From NCBI GenBank assembly GCA_951406725.2, contig OX597826.1:34100001-34164000 (forward strand): DNA of 64,000 bases. Reading direction: 5' to 3'. The translations under genes and the position numbers were made by a program. The DNA comes from Octopus vulgaris (taxonomy: Eukaryota). Below are positions 1-13,848 of the stretch, piece after piece. Under the pieces are notes generated by a model. That model was not told the DNA's origin, did not search any database, and saw only the letters and a list, made by a program, of their open reading frames with translations. Positions within the stretch are counted from its first letter, which is position 1, and every line of letters starts with the position of its first letter.

Positions 1-179
1 TATGAACTTCTTATAGCATTAAAATGACTTTGCATTCTACGTGTTAAAGGGTATTGAGTCCTTCACTGAAACATATTGTTGGTCATTCAATTAGAATTAT
101 AAAATCGACAGATACATAGATAGATAGATGGCGGAAAGTATGTTGATAAATAAAAAGGACAGATGGACTTTTTGACATG

Positions 180-240
<61 letters not shown>

Positions 241-250
241 TAGATAGATA
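180..250. repeat. (GATA)n microsatellite
   Basis: Direct reading. Confidence 0.95.
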
Positions 251-439
251 AATAGAAAAATAAATTGATTTAGAAATAAATCAATTTAATAGATAAGGAG
301 ATAGTCAGGTTGATATGTTGACGGATAAATAGAAAGATAAATACAAGAGAAGAAAAAATAGTCGACGAGATCAAAAGGAAAGTTTTAACATAAACAACAT
401 CGAAGAAAGTAAGAAGCAATGATAGGAATCAACTCCGGG

Positions 440-950
440 ATATATCTTCCCTTCTAAACCATTTATGCCCATATTAGCTCGCTGTGAGAGAAATACAAGA
501 GGACACTCTTGCCTGAAAGCCTATTAGATCAGTGGTTATCGCCATAGCATTCTATTCATTAATGTCTTTGTCTTATTGGCTATCTAATTCTTTGATATAT
601 ATTTTCTCAACATCCATCCATCTTTAGAAGAAAATCGATTTTTTATACAGCCTCAATCTGAAGTATACAGCTTTCCGTCGCTCTTGTTATTGATTATGTT
701 CCAAACTCCTAGTCAAATTTCTGTTAAATTTTATCAAGACTCTCTAATCTAAGATGGCTTCTTACGAAAGTGGGCACATATTTTTAACAGAATTGAATTT
801 TGCGAAGATATAAATCTTCCAAATTTCATTAAATAAAATCATTCTTTGCCATTTGGGAATATTCTTTGGATAAATCAAACGGAAATCTTCCTTTCCTTTG
901 TTCAATTGGTTGTGATGTGTTCTTAAAAGAGGCAAGCGTTTTTGCTTCAG
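440..950 (+). pseudogene. Highly decayed Penelope-like element reverse transcriptase fragment
   Basis: Broken translation gives KPFMPILA (cf. PLE 'P.RPIVS') and [23 protein letters not shown] (cf. the segment after YIDD, 'F.IW....L..F...LN'). Many stops and frameshifts; judged by eye. Confidence 0.35.
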
Positions 951-1009
951 AAATTATATCTATGTGTACATATGCTTATACACAACTATGTATGTTTGTA
1001 TGTATGTAT

Positions 1010-1073
1010 GTCTCTCTCTCTCTCTCTGTCTCTCTCTCTCTCAATATATATATATATATATATACATACACAA

Positions 1074-1161
<88 letters not shown>

Positions 1162-1203
1162 ATATGTATGTATATATGTATATATATATTATATATATAT
1201 GTA

Positions 1204-1293
<90 letters not shown>

Positions 1294-1300
1294 TATATAT
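1010..1300. repeat. Compound (CT)n/(CA)n/(TA)n microsatellite
   Basis: Direct reading. It explains the YI-rich ORFs at 866-1363. Confidence 0.95.
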
Positions 1301-1912
1301 GAACTAGATTATGCGTATGCATATATGGATATATTTGGGTATACAGAGTTTGTGTGTGTGTAATGATTGCTCATATCGTTTTCGTTTCCCAATATATTTC
1401 ACTGGTAACCAGCATGCCAGTAAATTTTAGATATTACTTAATTGAAGCAGCAACTACACAGTTTTGATTAATGTATTTTCTTCTTCAGTTACCCTCCATG
1501 AAAAATAGATTTATTGTTATTAAAAATATACAAATGCTTGGAAAAATAGAAAGATAATATAAATGTAATGAACAGAATTAGAATTATCGTTTCTCTTGAA
1601 ATATCAAGAATAATTTTTTTCTATATATTTTGATTATGTTTTCTGCTTTGTTATTTTTTTGCATTTATTGGACTGATTTTCCTTTGTTCAGGATAAAAGA
1701 ATATGAATATTTCTTTTTCTGTCATAGATTTCTTTCATGTAGGATTCAGGGGTATATTCTTAAACCCCTTTTCTTATCCATTGCTCAGTGTGTTTCAAAG
1801 GAGAGGGTTTTTGCTGGAATTGTGTTCTCTCTGAATAATAACTTAAAAGCGTAATATTCTTTAGTGACAACTAATTTTATTTTATTTTAACTACAACATT
1901 TACTTGCTTTAC

Positions 1913-1960
1913 ATTTGAAGAGAAGACTATTTCGACATGATTTGTCTCATCAGTGCAAAT
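1913..1960 (-). ncRNA. Type I hammerhead ribozyme-like motif (degenerate stem I and III)
   Basis: Minus strand reads atttgca CTGATGA GACA aatca TGTC GAAA tag TC. The core and a 4-bp stem II are canonical, with a GUC triplet; stem I pairs only partly. Confidence 0.5.
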
Positions 1961-2697
1961 TAAATGACATTTAGGAATAACTGAAAAGTAAAATGGGAAA
2001 ATTAACAGAGAAAGACGACGGAGTTAGTTGACAATACTATTTGATAAAAATTGATATATTAATTCATTTCAAATCTCTAGCTATGAAGATAAGTTTTCAT
2101 TGATATATGGATTCATATATTTTTAAAAGCAATTCCAGTATATCTTCAGGTGGCTCTGATAGGATACTTTTCTAGTTATTTCAATACTAATACTATATGC
2201 ATGATTCTGTCGTTGTTTTTACTGTTGCATAGACCCAGGTAAGCGCTGATTGAGGAAACTTTTGATCAGTATACTCGAGCTGTGATTATTTCATTTATTA
2301 TGCTACCCAGATACAATGTATCTAAGCCTCCATTATCGAAAGTGTCCATCCGTTTTCAAAGTGTAGCTTGTGATTTAAGGAAGATGGGTTATTAACAGCT
2401 GATGACGTGAATGCAAAAAGCCTCACTAACTCTACGCATTCACTCATTGGCCTAGTCTTCAGCATTCAATGGTTGTTGTTAAGCATCAAGACAAAACTGA
2501 TCATACGGATCGCTAACACAGGCATCTCATCTTTTTTTCAAATATGTTATATCTAGAACAACAGAAGCTTGATTGTTATTCCTATTGTTACAGCTTAGAA
2601 TATGACAAAGGAATTCTTCACAGCTGTCTCTAGAAACTCTGTTTCTATATGTAAAAGTGTATCCACTAATCTGTTGGCCTGTTTGGATTATACAATG

Positions 2698-2725
2698 CTG
2701 ATGAGGTCTATGTGACAGAAACGTA
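2698..2725 (+). ncRNA. Degenerate minimal hammerhead-like motif
   Basis: CTGATGA g GTC tatgt GAC a GAA ACGT A. It has the core, a 3-bp stem II and palindromic ACGT before a GUA triplet. The stem II closing pair is broken and there is no stem I. Confidence 0.35.
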
Positions 2726-4799
2726 TCTATAGTTGTCTTTCCCTTCAAACAAATTTCAGACTTAACTTATTTAAGAATAGAAGCTAACTTTCCTGTAAAT
2801 TAGCTTTCCTTTTCTTTGAGATTAATAAATAGCAGTTAGGTTTTCATTTATTTTTTCAAGTAAAAAATGAATGTTAAGAAAAACCGTTTTTGTATACGAT
2901 TTTTTAAATTCAATTATCGCTAGAAGACCGACTAATCATGTAGTAGCTCCCACTTTGGCAAAAATATATTGTGCTTTTGTCAGAGTTATCTTTCACTTGA
3001 TATACTTTTATTACAAAGTTCAAGGCAAACCGAAACAAACTATAGGAAGCGTTGTTATCTTTTGACACCATAAATATTTAATTTATTAATCTCCCGTGGT
3101 AAATATAAATTAAAAATTTCAGATGACAAAGCGAATTCCTGTTTTACACTTCAGTGTAAAATAACATAGCTAAGGCAATATAATGAAAACAAATTTATAT
3201 TCAAATAAAATTACACAAGTAATGTAAAGTAGCATACAAATAAAATGGTTTCATGTTAAGAAAGGCAGGGCAGAATATTTCGAAACACAAATTAATAAAA
3301 ATTGAATGGAAACATGCAATGAAGGAGTAGATGGATCTTTGTACATCCGATGATAATTCTGGTCACCTTTCAGTTTTATTAGATGTCTTCAGCGAACCAT
3401 AGTTTTACTTTTCCATTACATCTATGAATTACTGAGAATATACAGGATTTTGAATTATAAAGCACTCACTGGTTAGACAGTTAATTTAAGCAATGAGTTT
3501 AGTAGAAAATAGGCCATGGATGCCTTTAGTACGAAAATCATATAAGTTAAATGGTATTTAACAGGGTTAATTTTGTGAGAATGCCTTCCCTGTAAATAAT
3601 CGTACAGTTATGCATTTTTCTTAGTTCTCATATTTAGAGTCAACTTTCTATTTCAAAGATCTTTAGGTGCCATCTGTATTCAGAACACACACACACACAT
3701 ACGACAACCTACTTTCTGTTTCCGTCTTCTAAACGAACCCACAAGGGTTTGTCGATCTGAGTGTATAGCACAAGACAGCAGTTGTCTAATGCAATTAAAT
3801 TTATTCATCGAGAGAACATTATATCTAATTAGAAGTACGATGGAGCTGAGATCAGCCCTCATTTGAAATATATAAATGGAAATGAAAAGCATGTATCTAT
3901 AAAGTCAAGAGAACGGAGCCACGACAGTAAAAGACGATACCAATTCAAGAGAGAAATATCTTTGTGGCCGCTTACCTCTTCAGCCGGTGTAGTAAGAGGT
4001 GTGTAATGACTTATTCGAAATAAAAGTGCGAACGCTTTTATTTCCATGCAAAGACAAACACGCATACACATAAACACACACATATTAAAGATTTATTTGA
4101 TTCACATACACACATAGATATTTACATATACACATATATAAAGGAATATCAAGTTTTATGTGACTGTTAGTCCAAAAAATAAGAATGGTGATAATGTACT
4201 GTAACAGAAATATGAGAAACAGAGAGAGGGGGAGAGAGAGGAGGAGAGGGAGAGGGAGAAAGAGGAAGAGAGAGGGAGAGAAAGGGAGAGAGAGAGGGAG
4301 AGAGAGAGAAGAGAGAGAGAAACAGAGTGAAAGATGCATAAAGAGAAACACAGAAAGAATGTAAATGAATATGCATGTGTACATGTGAGCGTATATGTGA
4401 GAGTGTATGTCTGTGCATGTGTGTAGTAGAGACAGACAGAAAGAAAGAAGCGTGAAAGAAAGACGATAGGAGCCGAGAAAGAGCGTGACGTTATTGTGTG
4501 GTTCTGTGCGGAGAGCTTGGTAGTACAGAAGAGTTTATTTCCAAGAGAAAATTATGAGATAATCTCTGAGACAAGATGGTGCCAGAACCTTTAGATAAGT
4601 TAAGTGTATGTGTGAGTGAGTATGACTATGTGAGTAAGAGAGAAAGAGGAAAACTAATTTCAAATTAGCTGGGGTGAGATAGAGGAGGGTGAACTCCATT
4701 CAAATACACACTAATATATAAATGTCAGTGAGTATTTATCTAATCTCCCCCACTCTCTCTCTCTCTGTATGCATATATATTTAATATACATACGTACAT

Positions 4800-4955
<156 letters not shown>

Positions 4956-5337
4956 GTTAGCACAAGCACATACAGACACATACAGATATATATATATATA
5001 ACATATGAATTTATATATTCGTATATGTATATCTGTATGGATACGCTTGTGTACATTATTTAAATTTTTTAGCGTATATATATCAATTATATTCTTGGTA
5101 TAATGCAGACACTTTCCCATGAATACTATGTTGAATAACTCTTACACTCCAAGCCAACGCACACAGCCACACAGAAAGGCAGTCACACACGTACAGGGAA
5201 GATTACATATAAATATGTTGTACATATACTCACACTACAATTAGCCATTTCTTCCATTCCAACCTATTTTCCATTACTTCAGTTTGAAATTAACAAACAG
5301 CCTCCTACATTTTTTTCTAGATTCCATCAGAGCCGAA

Positions 5338-5350
5338 TACACACATACAC

Positions 5351-5426
<76 letters not shown>

Positions 5427-5520
5427 ACGCACACATACACACACAAATAGATATATACTTATAGGTTTATGTACCAAAGTATGCACGTATACAAACACGC
5501 ACACACACTCACACACACAC

Positions 5521-5565
<45 letters not shown>

Positions 5566-5690
5566 CACACATACACACACACACGCACACACACACACGC
5601 ACACAACACACACACAAATAGATATGTACTTATAGGTTTATGTACCAAAGCATGCACGTATACAAACACGCACAAACACATCACACACAT
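5338..5690. repeat. (CA)n tract containing two copies of a ~60-bp unique unit
   Basis: caaatagatat(a/g)tacttataggtttatgtaccaaag(t/c)atgcacgtatacaaacacgc occurs at ~5446-5500 and ~5615-5670. Confidence 0.9.
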
Positions 5691-5883
5691 ATAGTGTAAG
5701 TATGCTTATACGAATACATATGTATACATATGCGCGAAATCATTATACAGAGGTTAGTGGGGGAGGAAAAGCGGTCGCGACATAATGTCTTGCTTATCAA
5801 CGTTTTATTATAAAGGGAGAGCACGTGGGTTTGTGCTTCCTAATCCTGTAATTTTGTGCGTGCATGCGAGTAGGCATTTGTAT

Positions 5884-5928
5884 CACTCAATCAGTCACTA
5901 ACTCACTCACTCACTCACTCCCTCACTC

Positions 5929-5977
<49 letters not shown>

Positions 5978-6085
5978 GTCAATCAATCAATCAACCATTC
6001 AATCAATGAGTAATCAACCAAGCCCTGTTCCTATATATATATATATATATATATATATAACTTTATATCAATCAATTTGTCCATC

Positions 6086-6117
<32 letters not shown>

Positions 6118-6121
6118 TCTG

Positions 6122-6195
<74 letters not shown>

Positions 6196-6288
6196 ACTTT
6201 ATATCTATGAATATGTCCATCCATCCATCCATCCATCCATCCATCTATCCTTCCATCCTTCCACCACCCCTCTCTCTCTATCTCCTTC

Positions 6289-6374
<86 letters not shown>
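5884..6374. repeat. Compound (TCAC)n/(CAAT)n/(TA)n/(TCCA)n/(TATC)n microsatellites
   Basis: Direct reading. Confidence 0.9.
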
Positions 6375-6974
6375 GGTTTATCTCTTTGTCTGTCTTGTAC
6401 AGTTGTTTCTACACATATCTTTACCTTCCTTTCTAGTTACCTCTCAGCTTGTTTATTCTCCACACTTTCTTTATCACTCCCATCACTATATTTTACGCAT
6501 ATGCCGTTTTATTGCCATAATAATATTCGCATTCTGTAATTCCTTTCACTGAGAATCCTATTTCTGGTAAACAGACTTTCTTTTGGACAGTTTGCTTCAT
6601 ACTTCGTGTATTTCTTTTAGCAATGTCGAATAAACTGACTTTTACCGAAGCTGTTTCTTATTTCTTTAGAGGTCAGTTGTTGATAAAAGGGTTTCAGAAT
6701 TATGTCTTGTTATTGTTGAAATATTATGTACGGCGTTTGGAAAATTCTTACTGTCAAAGCGCATACATATAAACGCTTATATCACACAACCATAGATATG
6801 GTTGTGTGTGTGTATACGAACATACACCTTATACTACACGTACATACTCGTTTTACTAACCAAGAAATACTTTAGTCACTGAAAACACTAAAAAAAACAA
6901 AACACAAAACAAAATCATAATAATGCTATGTAGCAATCCATGAGAATAATAACTAATTCCTCATATATATATAG

Positions 6975-7003
6975 CTGAAGATCGCAATAGCGTGAAACTA
7001 GTT
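6975..7003 (+). ncRNA. Minimal hammerhead-like motif, 5' strand of stem I replaced by (TA)n
   Basis: CTGAAGA t CGC aata GCG t GAA ACTAGT T. It has the core, stem II with a U.U closing pair, palindromic ACTAGT and a GUU triplet. Confidence 0.5.
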
Positions 7004-7239
7004 GCGAGAAAAGGAAATTTAGTTTAGATAAATAAGTGACTACGAAATGTATTGATTTTCTCTTCCCTTTCACCGATAAACTAGAACATTTCTATGTCTA
7101 TATATGTGCATACACACCTACGTAAAGACGATATTATGTTTATTTATTCATACGCAAATATACGTGTTAAAGTAACGGTTCATATGTTTGATGTATATAT
7201 TTACGTGTAAAAATGTATTTATATCTAGGTATGTACATA

Positions 7240-7628
7240 CAGTATAACTTCACAGTACGAGTGCCCCATCGTACGAGTAATTTGCTGTACAAGCCGATAC
7301 TCGTGCGAATTTTTGTCTTTGAAGTATGACCGGAAATATGCAGTACGAGTACACAAATCGTCCCATCTTTAAAGTTAATTCTGTTAATAAAACCAGTTTA
7401 CTTATTTCTTTCGCATTCTCTTTTTCATAATTGTCATTTTACTTCTAACTATACCTTTTCTGTTTTAAAATCCACAAAATATTATTTTTGAGTGGTTTTG
7501 GGTAGCCGGAACGGATTAATTATATTTTTTTTAAATTTCTATGACAAAAATTGATTTGTGAAACGAGTTAATCGTAAGGCGAGCTCGATCAAAGAACGAA
7601 TTAAACTCATTACTGCGAAGTATCACTA
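7240..7628. mobile_element. Tigger/pogo-type (Tc1/mariner superfamily) MITE
   Basis: Imperfect terminal inverted repeats cagtataacttcacagtacgag / ctcattactgcgaagtatcacta, TA flanks, internal subterminal tacgag repeats and no ORF. Confidence 0.6.
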
Positions 7629-7877
7629 TATTTGAAAGTGTGTTTCATTCTTCAATAATTATCAATTAATTCAGTAATTTTCAGTGTCTGATCTATAAAT
7701 CTAGGGTCTAAACATAAGCAATTCTTACGTTCTTTCTGTAAACGCAATATGTTCGTAAGGTTAAGTACAAAATATACAATAAAATACAACAAAATTATAA
7801 ATAAACTGTCAGAATATATATATATATATGCGTGTGTGAGTGTGTGTATATAAATATGCAAGTGCATATATGTATAT

Positions 7878-8298
7878 TCTTTTACTTATTTCAGTCATGT
7901 GACTGCGGCCATGCTGGAGCACCGCCTTTAGTCGAACAGGTCGACCCCAGAACTTATTCTTTCTAAGTCTAGTACTTTTACTATCGATTTCTTTTGCCGA
8001 ACCGCTAGTTTACAGGGATGTTAAACACACCAACATCGGTTGTCAAGTGATGGTGAGGGGAACACACGCAGACACACAAACACACACACACAGGCACATA
8101 TATAGATAATTGTGGTGGTGTCATATAGAGACACTCAAACACACACACACACACATATATACGACGGGCTTCTTACAGTTTCCGTCTACCAAGTCCACTC
8201 ACAAGGCTTTGGTCGACCCGAAACTATAGGAGAAGACCCTTGCCCAAGATGCCACGCAGTGGGACTGAACGCAGAACCATGTGGTTGGGAAGCAAGCC
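7878..8298 (-). mobile_element. tRNA-derived SINE family A, near full length
   Basis: Aligns by eye to the copies at 22619-23042 and 30934-31315 (gcggccatgctggagcaccgcc; ccactcacaaggctttggtcg; cccaagatgccacgcagtgggactgaac). Confidence 0.9.
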
Positions 8299-8369
8299 AT
8301 TCAAATATGAATATCATATATGAATCATATAAACATAGATGCTTCTTCAACCACATTTGTTTGTTGCCT

Positions 8370-8620
8370 TCATTCTCCTTTTTAATCTCCATTGCCAAAT
8401 CCAGCTGCAGCAAAGAACTGCAGCTATTTCTTGGCGTGCAGGATGTGTTTAGCACTTTCTTTAATACCACCGGCTTATCAACGGGGATTTAAGTTAGCAC
8501 AGTACCAAGGTATGATATGATATACGTTGACCATCTTTTCGTTATTTGTCTGAATCATCTTCCTCGCATCGTGAGAAAGATAGTGGTGGTAGAGGACGAC
8601 TTAAAACACCCTTTTTGCCA
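8370..8620 (-). pseudogene. Possible decayed Helitron PIF1-like helicase fragment
   Basis: Minus strand has gga aga tga ttc aga caa ata (near GGDFRQI) and, downstream, FAAAGFGNG (cf. 'F...LL.IG.G'). Only two degenerate motifs support it. Confidence 0.3.
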
Positions 8621-9253
8621 GAAAGGGATAAGCGATTAACGAATGCTTTGAAACCTTTTCATAAAGTATAACAAAAAGCACACATGGTATGCTATGGAAC
8701 ATTTCAAGAATTCACTGAAGGGTAAAGCCACATAAAGAGGAGAATTGTGGCATGAAATATCAGCTTCAAATGAAGAAATAAAATACACTGTAATGATTAT
8801 ATTGAGTAATTTTTCTCCCATTTATAAAACCAAGCAGAAACAAATTAGTGTTTGAAGGTGTTTATGAATACCTGCATTTTAAATTAGCATCTAGAAACAG
8901 ACTGGCTCGTGTGCAAATCTGTGAGTATGCAAATGGTCACTGATACACAGACACACAGACACACACACAAATGTGTGCGTCTAAGTATAAGGAGTTAAAA
9001 AGTTACTCAATGGCTAAGAGTTTCATGCATGGTACTCATCAATCTGTACGAAGTTCTCGCCCAGCTCTTCAGTCCTTTGATATTTTCAGTCGATTAAAAA
9101 CAATAAAGCATAAACATACATAGAAATGTACAGTTCTAATTATACTATTTGTTTTACCAAATATCTCTTCACATTTCGCCCCTCTCCCCTCTCCTTCTTT
9201 TCTGTATACACACGCGCGCGCACACAAACATATAACAGAATATAATATACATA

Positions 9254-9303
<50 letters not shown>

Positions 9304-9306
9304 AAT

Positions 9307-9377
<71 letters not shown>

Positions 9378-9650
9378 CATGAATGAGTGACGGTGTGTAT
9401 CATTGAGATAGTGATTTTGTGTCTCGAGCTGTTGTCATTTTCTCATTGAACCATTTCCAAATGTCATAACCTCTCTTTCTAACTAGAATTTGCAAAACAG
9501 TCTAGTCTTCATTATTCATCAAGATGTTCCAAACACTGTGGAGAAATATTAATCAAGTCAACTAATTCTTTCATACTTAAGATTTTCACAGTTACTTCAA
9601 ATAACTGTGAAAGCAATTAATTCTCACTCGCATAGTAGCATTAACATACA

Positions 9651-9702
<52 letters not shown>

Positions 9703-11188
9703 GATATAGATAGATATATATATATGTATATATATGCGTATATATATATGCACACATACGTATATACATATAAATATACATACATTTCTACACACTTGTA
9801 TATAAATGTATACATATATTCATGATTGTATGTGTATGTGTGTGTATACATGTGTGTGTATGCATCTAAACCTACATATGCAAATAAACATTTTCTCCCT
9901 TTCCATCTCCCCCCATCTCTTGTATTTAAATTACTGCCAAATGTCTCACCAATTATGAACTAAGTAGATACTAACTTGTAATATTTGAAAAGCTTTTGAG
10001 GACTCATTTCCTAATTAAGACCACTGTACTATGGTTGGGAAGTTTTGAAAATATTTCTATGGCTTATAAATTACTTGTGTCTAAGACTCCACCTGTACAT
10101 CGACAAAGTTCTAAAAGCCGGCAGTCATTTTTGCCTCAGGCTGGAAATTTGTAAGTTCGACTTAAACTTTTGTTCTGTTAAGTGTTACCATTATAGGTAT
10201 TCATACACAAATGAAATTAAGAAATCAACTCATAAATAAACGAAACCCTCGACTCCATCACTGTACACGCGCACTCACTGTACGCGCGCGCACACCACAC
10301 ACACACGCACGCACGGACATACACAGTCGCATATGTATGTATGTATTTATGTATGTTTAAAGATAATCAAACCAAATTTTCATCACTTCGAGTCACTCAC
10401 CCAAAGAGTATTTCTGCCATATTCCAGTAATTTTGCAAGCACACAGACAGACAACTTACAGCATCTTGCTTTCGCTTATGCACGCAAGGTAAAAATTAAA
10501 AGAGACTTAGTTTCTTTACACTAATGTACCGTCTGCATATCAAGTAAAAGTTAAGTTTTTAACAATGAATCCCGAATTATTCATTTTCTTTGCTCAAAAC
10601 CGGCCAACAATTCGGACTTTGATTACAGAATGTTAGTTCCTGAGATAAGGCATTTTCTTCAACGCTCTACCAAATTTATCAAATCTAAGGCTATGAATTT
10701 TAAGAAGTGCTTATAATGAATTATGTCAAGACTTGGACGTGGTTAGTACTTACTTTAACCACTTGAAGAAAAAAAAAACAAAAACAACTCGGCAGGAAAA
10801 GAAGACGATGGTGATGAAAGTAACAATAAATCACGTGAAGATGACTCTTCAACCGATTCTTTGTATTCCTCGACAGTAACGTGACAGTCTGCGAGCAGAA
10901 AAACACAGTCGAGTTTAGACAAGTCATTTTCCAAAATGAATTAATTCAAACAGAACATACGTGCGCACGCACACAATCACACGCACACACTAACACACAC
11001 TTACACGCTCACAATGGTATTTCTTATTTAAGTCACAGCTACCCATTTTTAAGCTTCTGTGATGAACTTATTTTAAAATATAAGTTCTTAATAATGTGTG
11101 TAAAATAGAAATTTTGGTAAAAATACGTCTTTGCAAAAAATATTTAGTTCACGTCCTTCAAAAGTAGAAACCAAGAATCGAAGAAATT

Positions 11189-11418
<230 letters not shown>

Positions 11419-11896
11419 TGTATGTATGTATATAAAATGTGTTGAGATTGTTAATTAGTCGTATTGTTCCTTTTTGGCAACAAATCGAATTTCCTCACAT
11501 ATACAAGCGCACATGCGCACAAACACACACACGCGCGTGCACACACGTTTTATACCCGCCAGAACAGTGAAACAACATAACATCAAAAAATCATTTTGAA
11601 GTTTCCTAATATGTTTTCAAATAACTCCTTCATTTTCCTTCTTTCAGTCTGTCTCCCCTTTTAGTGACATAACAAAGCAACATGAAATCACACACACACA
11701 CACACACACGCACACACACACACATACACACGCACACATATATACATACTTACTGATGTGCCGCAACATACACGCACATGTCAATATACGTCAATCTAGA
11801 TGTTACATATTCAATAAATCTGTCAATTTTTCAAATATAAAAATACTTCAAATATATAAGAAATATTTTCATTTTGTTGGAAATATATTGTTTTAT

Positions 11897-12112
11897 TCTT
11901 TTATTTTGTTTCAGTCATTTGGCTACGGCCATACAGGAGCACCACACTAAAGGTTTTTAGTCGAACAAATCGACTCCATGACTTTTATTTTGAAGCCTAG
12001 TTAGTACTTACTCTATCGGTGTCTTTTGGCGAACCGCTATATTAAGGGGTTGTAGACACACCAACACTGGTTGTCAAGCGGTGATGGGGGACAAAAACAG
12101 CTACAAAGACAC
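11897..12112 (-). mobile_element. SINE family A, 3' half (older copy)
   Basis: tttcagtcatttggctacggccatacaggagcacc...gaaccgcta...ggttgtcaagcggtgatgggggacaaa matches the family A 3' region. Confidence 0.8.
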
Positions 12113-12116
12113 ACAC

Positions 12117-12148
<32 letters not shown>

Positions 12149-12311
12149 GGGTGTGTGTGATTGTGTATAGAAGAATATATTAATAAAAGAATTCCAACCT
12201 TGTCTGATTTTCACGTTTTATTTACAATCTTATAATGATATATTATAAGATAATATATTATAATTGAATAAAATAAAATGAAATAGTAGAATGTTAAATA
12301 TTCATTCTGAT

Positions 12312-12356
12312 TGAACTAGTACTTTCATGCATTGAATTCTGCAATCTTCGGGTTCA
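12312..12356 (-). ncRNA. Minimal type I hammerhead ribozyme (mirror copy in the left arm)
   Basis: Exact reverse complement of 12434-12478. Confidence 0.7.
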
Positions 12357-12433
12357 TGTAGTAGTGTTGACAGTCATGCTTCACAATTTTTGACTGTGAA
12401 AAATTGTGAAGCATGACTGTCAACACTACTACA

Positions 12434-12478
12434 TGAACCCGAAGATTGCAGAATTCAATGCATGAAAGTACTAGTTCA
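12434..12478 (+). ncRNA. Minimal type I hammerhead ribozyme (U4C core variant, palindromic stem III)
   Basis: TGAAC CCGAAGA t TGCA gaattcaa TGCA t GAA AGTACT A GTTCA. It has a 5-bp stem I, a 4-bp stem II and the AGTACT palindrome. Predicted cleavage is after CUA at 12473. Confidence 0.7.
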
Positions 12479-12640
12479 ATCAGAATGAATATTTAACATT
12501 CTACTATTTCATTTTATTTTATTCAATTATAATATATTATCTTATAATATATCATTATAAGATTGTAAATAAAACGTGAAAATCAGACAAGGTTGGAATT
12601 CTTTTTATTAATATATATACATATATATATATATATATAA

Positions 12641-12731
<91 letters not shown>

Positions 12732-12736
<5 letters not shown>

Positions 12737-13848
12737 TTGTCCGAGAAGTTCTGAGCGGTTTTTAACATATAAAATGGGATATAAATAACTGACGTCTCCA
12801 TAAATTTTATTCAATGAAATATTTTCCATTATTATTTGGTTTCTGTAGAGACCAGCACAAGTGGTAGTCGGATGGCGCAATATTAAAAGTATATGATGGA
12901 TGGGGAAAGAGATTCCATCCAAGTTCATGTAACTACCCCTTTGCTGTTAGCGATTTCCGGCCTCAATTCGCTGACATTTTTAGTTCAAATTAGCTAGCTG
13001 TCGACAGTACACATCAGAATGAATGGTCTGGGTTTGAGGGAGAAGCTCATAATAAAAAAATGCTTTCATGATTCCACCAAACACAAAGCATAGTTTTTTT
13101 GGTATTGATATTCGTCTTCGGTTGCTGTTTGCGGGGATCCTCATGAAAACTCCAGGAACTTTTTGCCCTACGTTTTCGTACACAATCCATTTTCCATCTC
13201 CAATCATAAGTTGTTTAAAAAAAACTTGCTTTCATTCCGTTCTAGAAGCACATCACAAACGGAATACTCGTTCAAGCAATTCTTTTCTGAGAGTTTGTGA
13301 GGGATCCATACATTATAGCGAGAAATGTATCTTAGCTTCACTAGGTGTTCATGAGCCGTACTTTTAGAAACTTCCAACTGCTCAGCAAGTTCTCTAGTCG
13401 GGGTTCTTTGAGTTTTCTTCGATTTCTGCCTTCAAAACATCTTCATCCAATTTTGAAGGTCTTCGTCTGCAACTGTCATCTTCCAAGCTAAACTCTCCAG
13501 CTTTAAATTTTGCAAACCACCTTTGAACTGATGATTCTGCTACAACATCATCACCATAAACTTCACAAATGTTTTTGCAAGTCTTTGCAACATTTTCTGC
13601 GCATTAAAAAAAAACAACAAAAACAACAAGTATTACAACGCGAATATGAAATTTTTGATTATCCATTTCAAATGTCAATAAAGGGTAATCGGAATGAGAG
13701 ATAAATCTATTTTTAGTCAGCAACGAAGAAGAGATGCACGACCACTTCAAGGAATGCCAAAGTTTTAACTGTGTTACGTTTCAGGTGTGTTCAATGAAGC
13801 GTTAAAAGATTTGACTTAAAAACGCTCAGAACTTACCGAGCAACCTAA
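12732..13848 (-). mobile_element. Mariner transposon, decayed (cecropia/Hsmar1-like by motif resemblance)
   Basis: Imperfect TIRs gttgtccgagaagttctgagcggtttttaa / ttaaaaacgctcagaacttaccgagcaacc with TA flanks. Transposase motifs WIPHKL, MIGDGKWIVYEN (GDEKW) and YYELLPQTQTIHSDVYCRQLANL are present but frameshifted. Confidence 0.85.

Larger units (their letters stand above)
12175..12616. repeat. Near-perfect long inverted repeat (217/218-bp arms, 7-nt spacer)
   Basis: Arm 12175-12391 is the reverse complement of 12399-12616 except for one indel in an A/T run. The spacer is gactgtg. TA-rich microsatellites lie on both sides. Confidence 0.97.

Noticed and set aside
4430-4620. Possible promoter or first exon after a GA-rich tract (TGACG motif, ATG at ~4576)
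   Set aside because: No sustained ORF or canonical donor site. It cannot be supported without transcript data.
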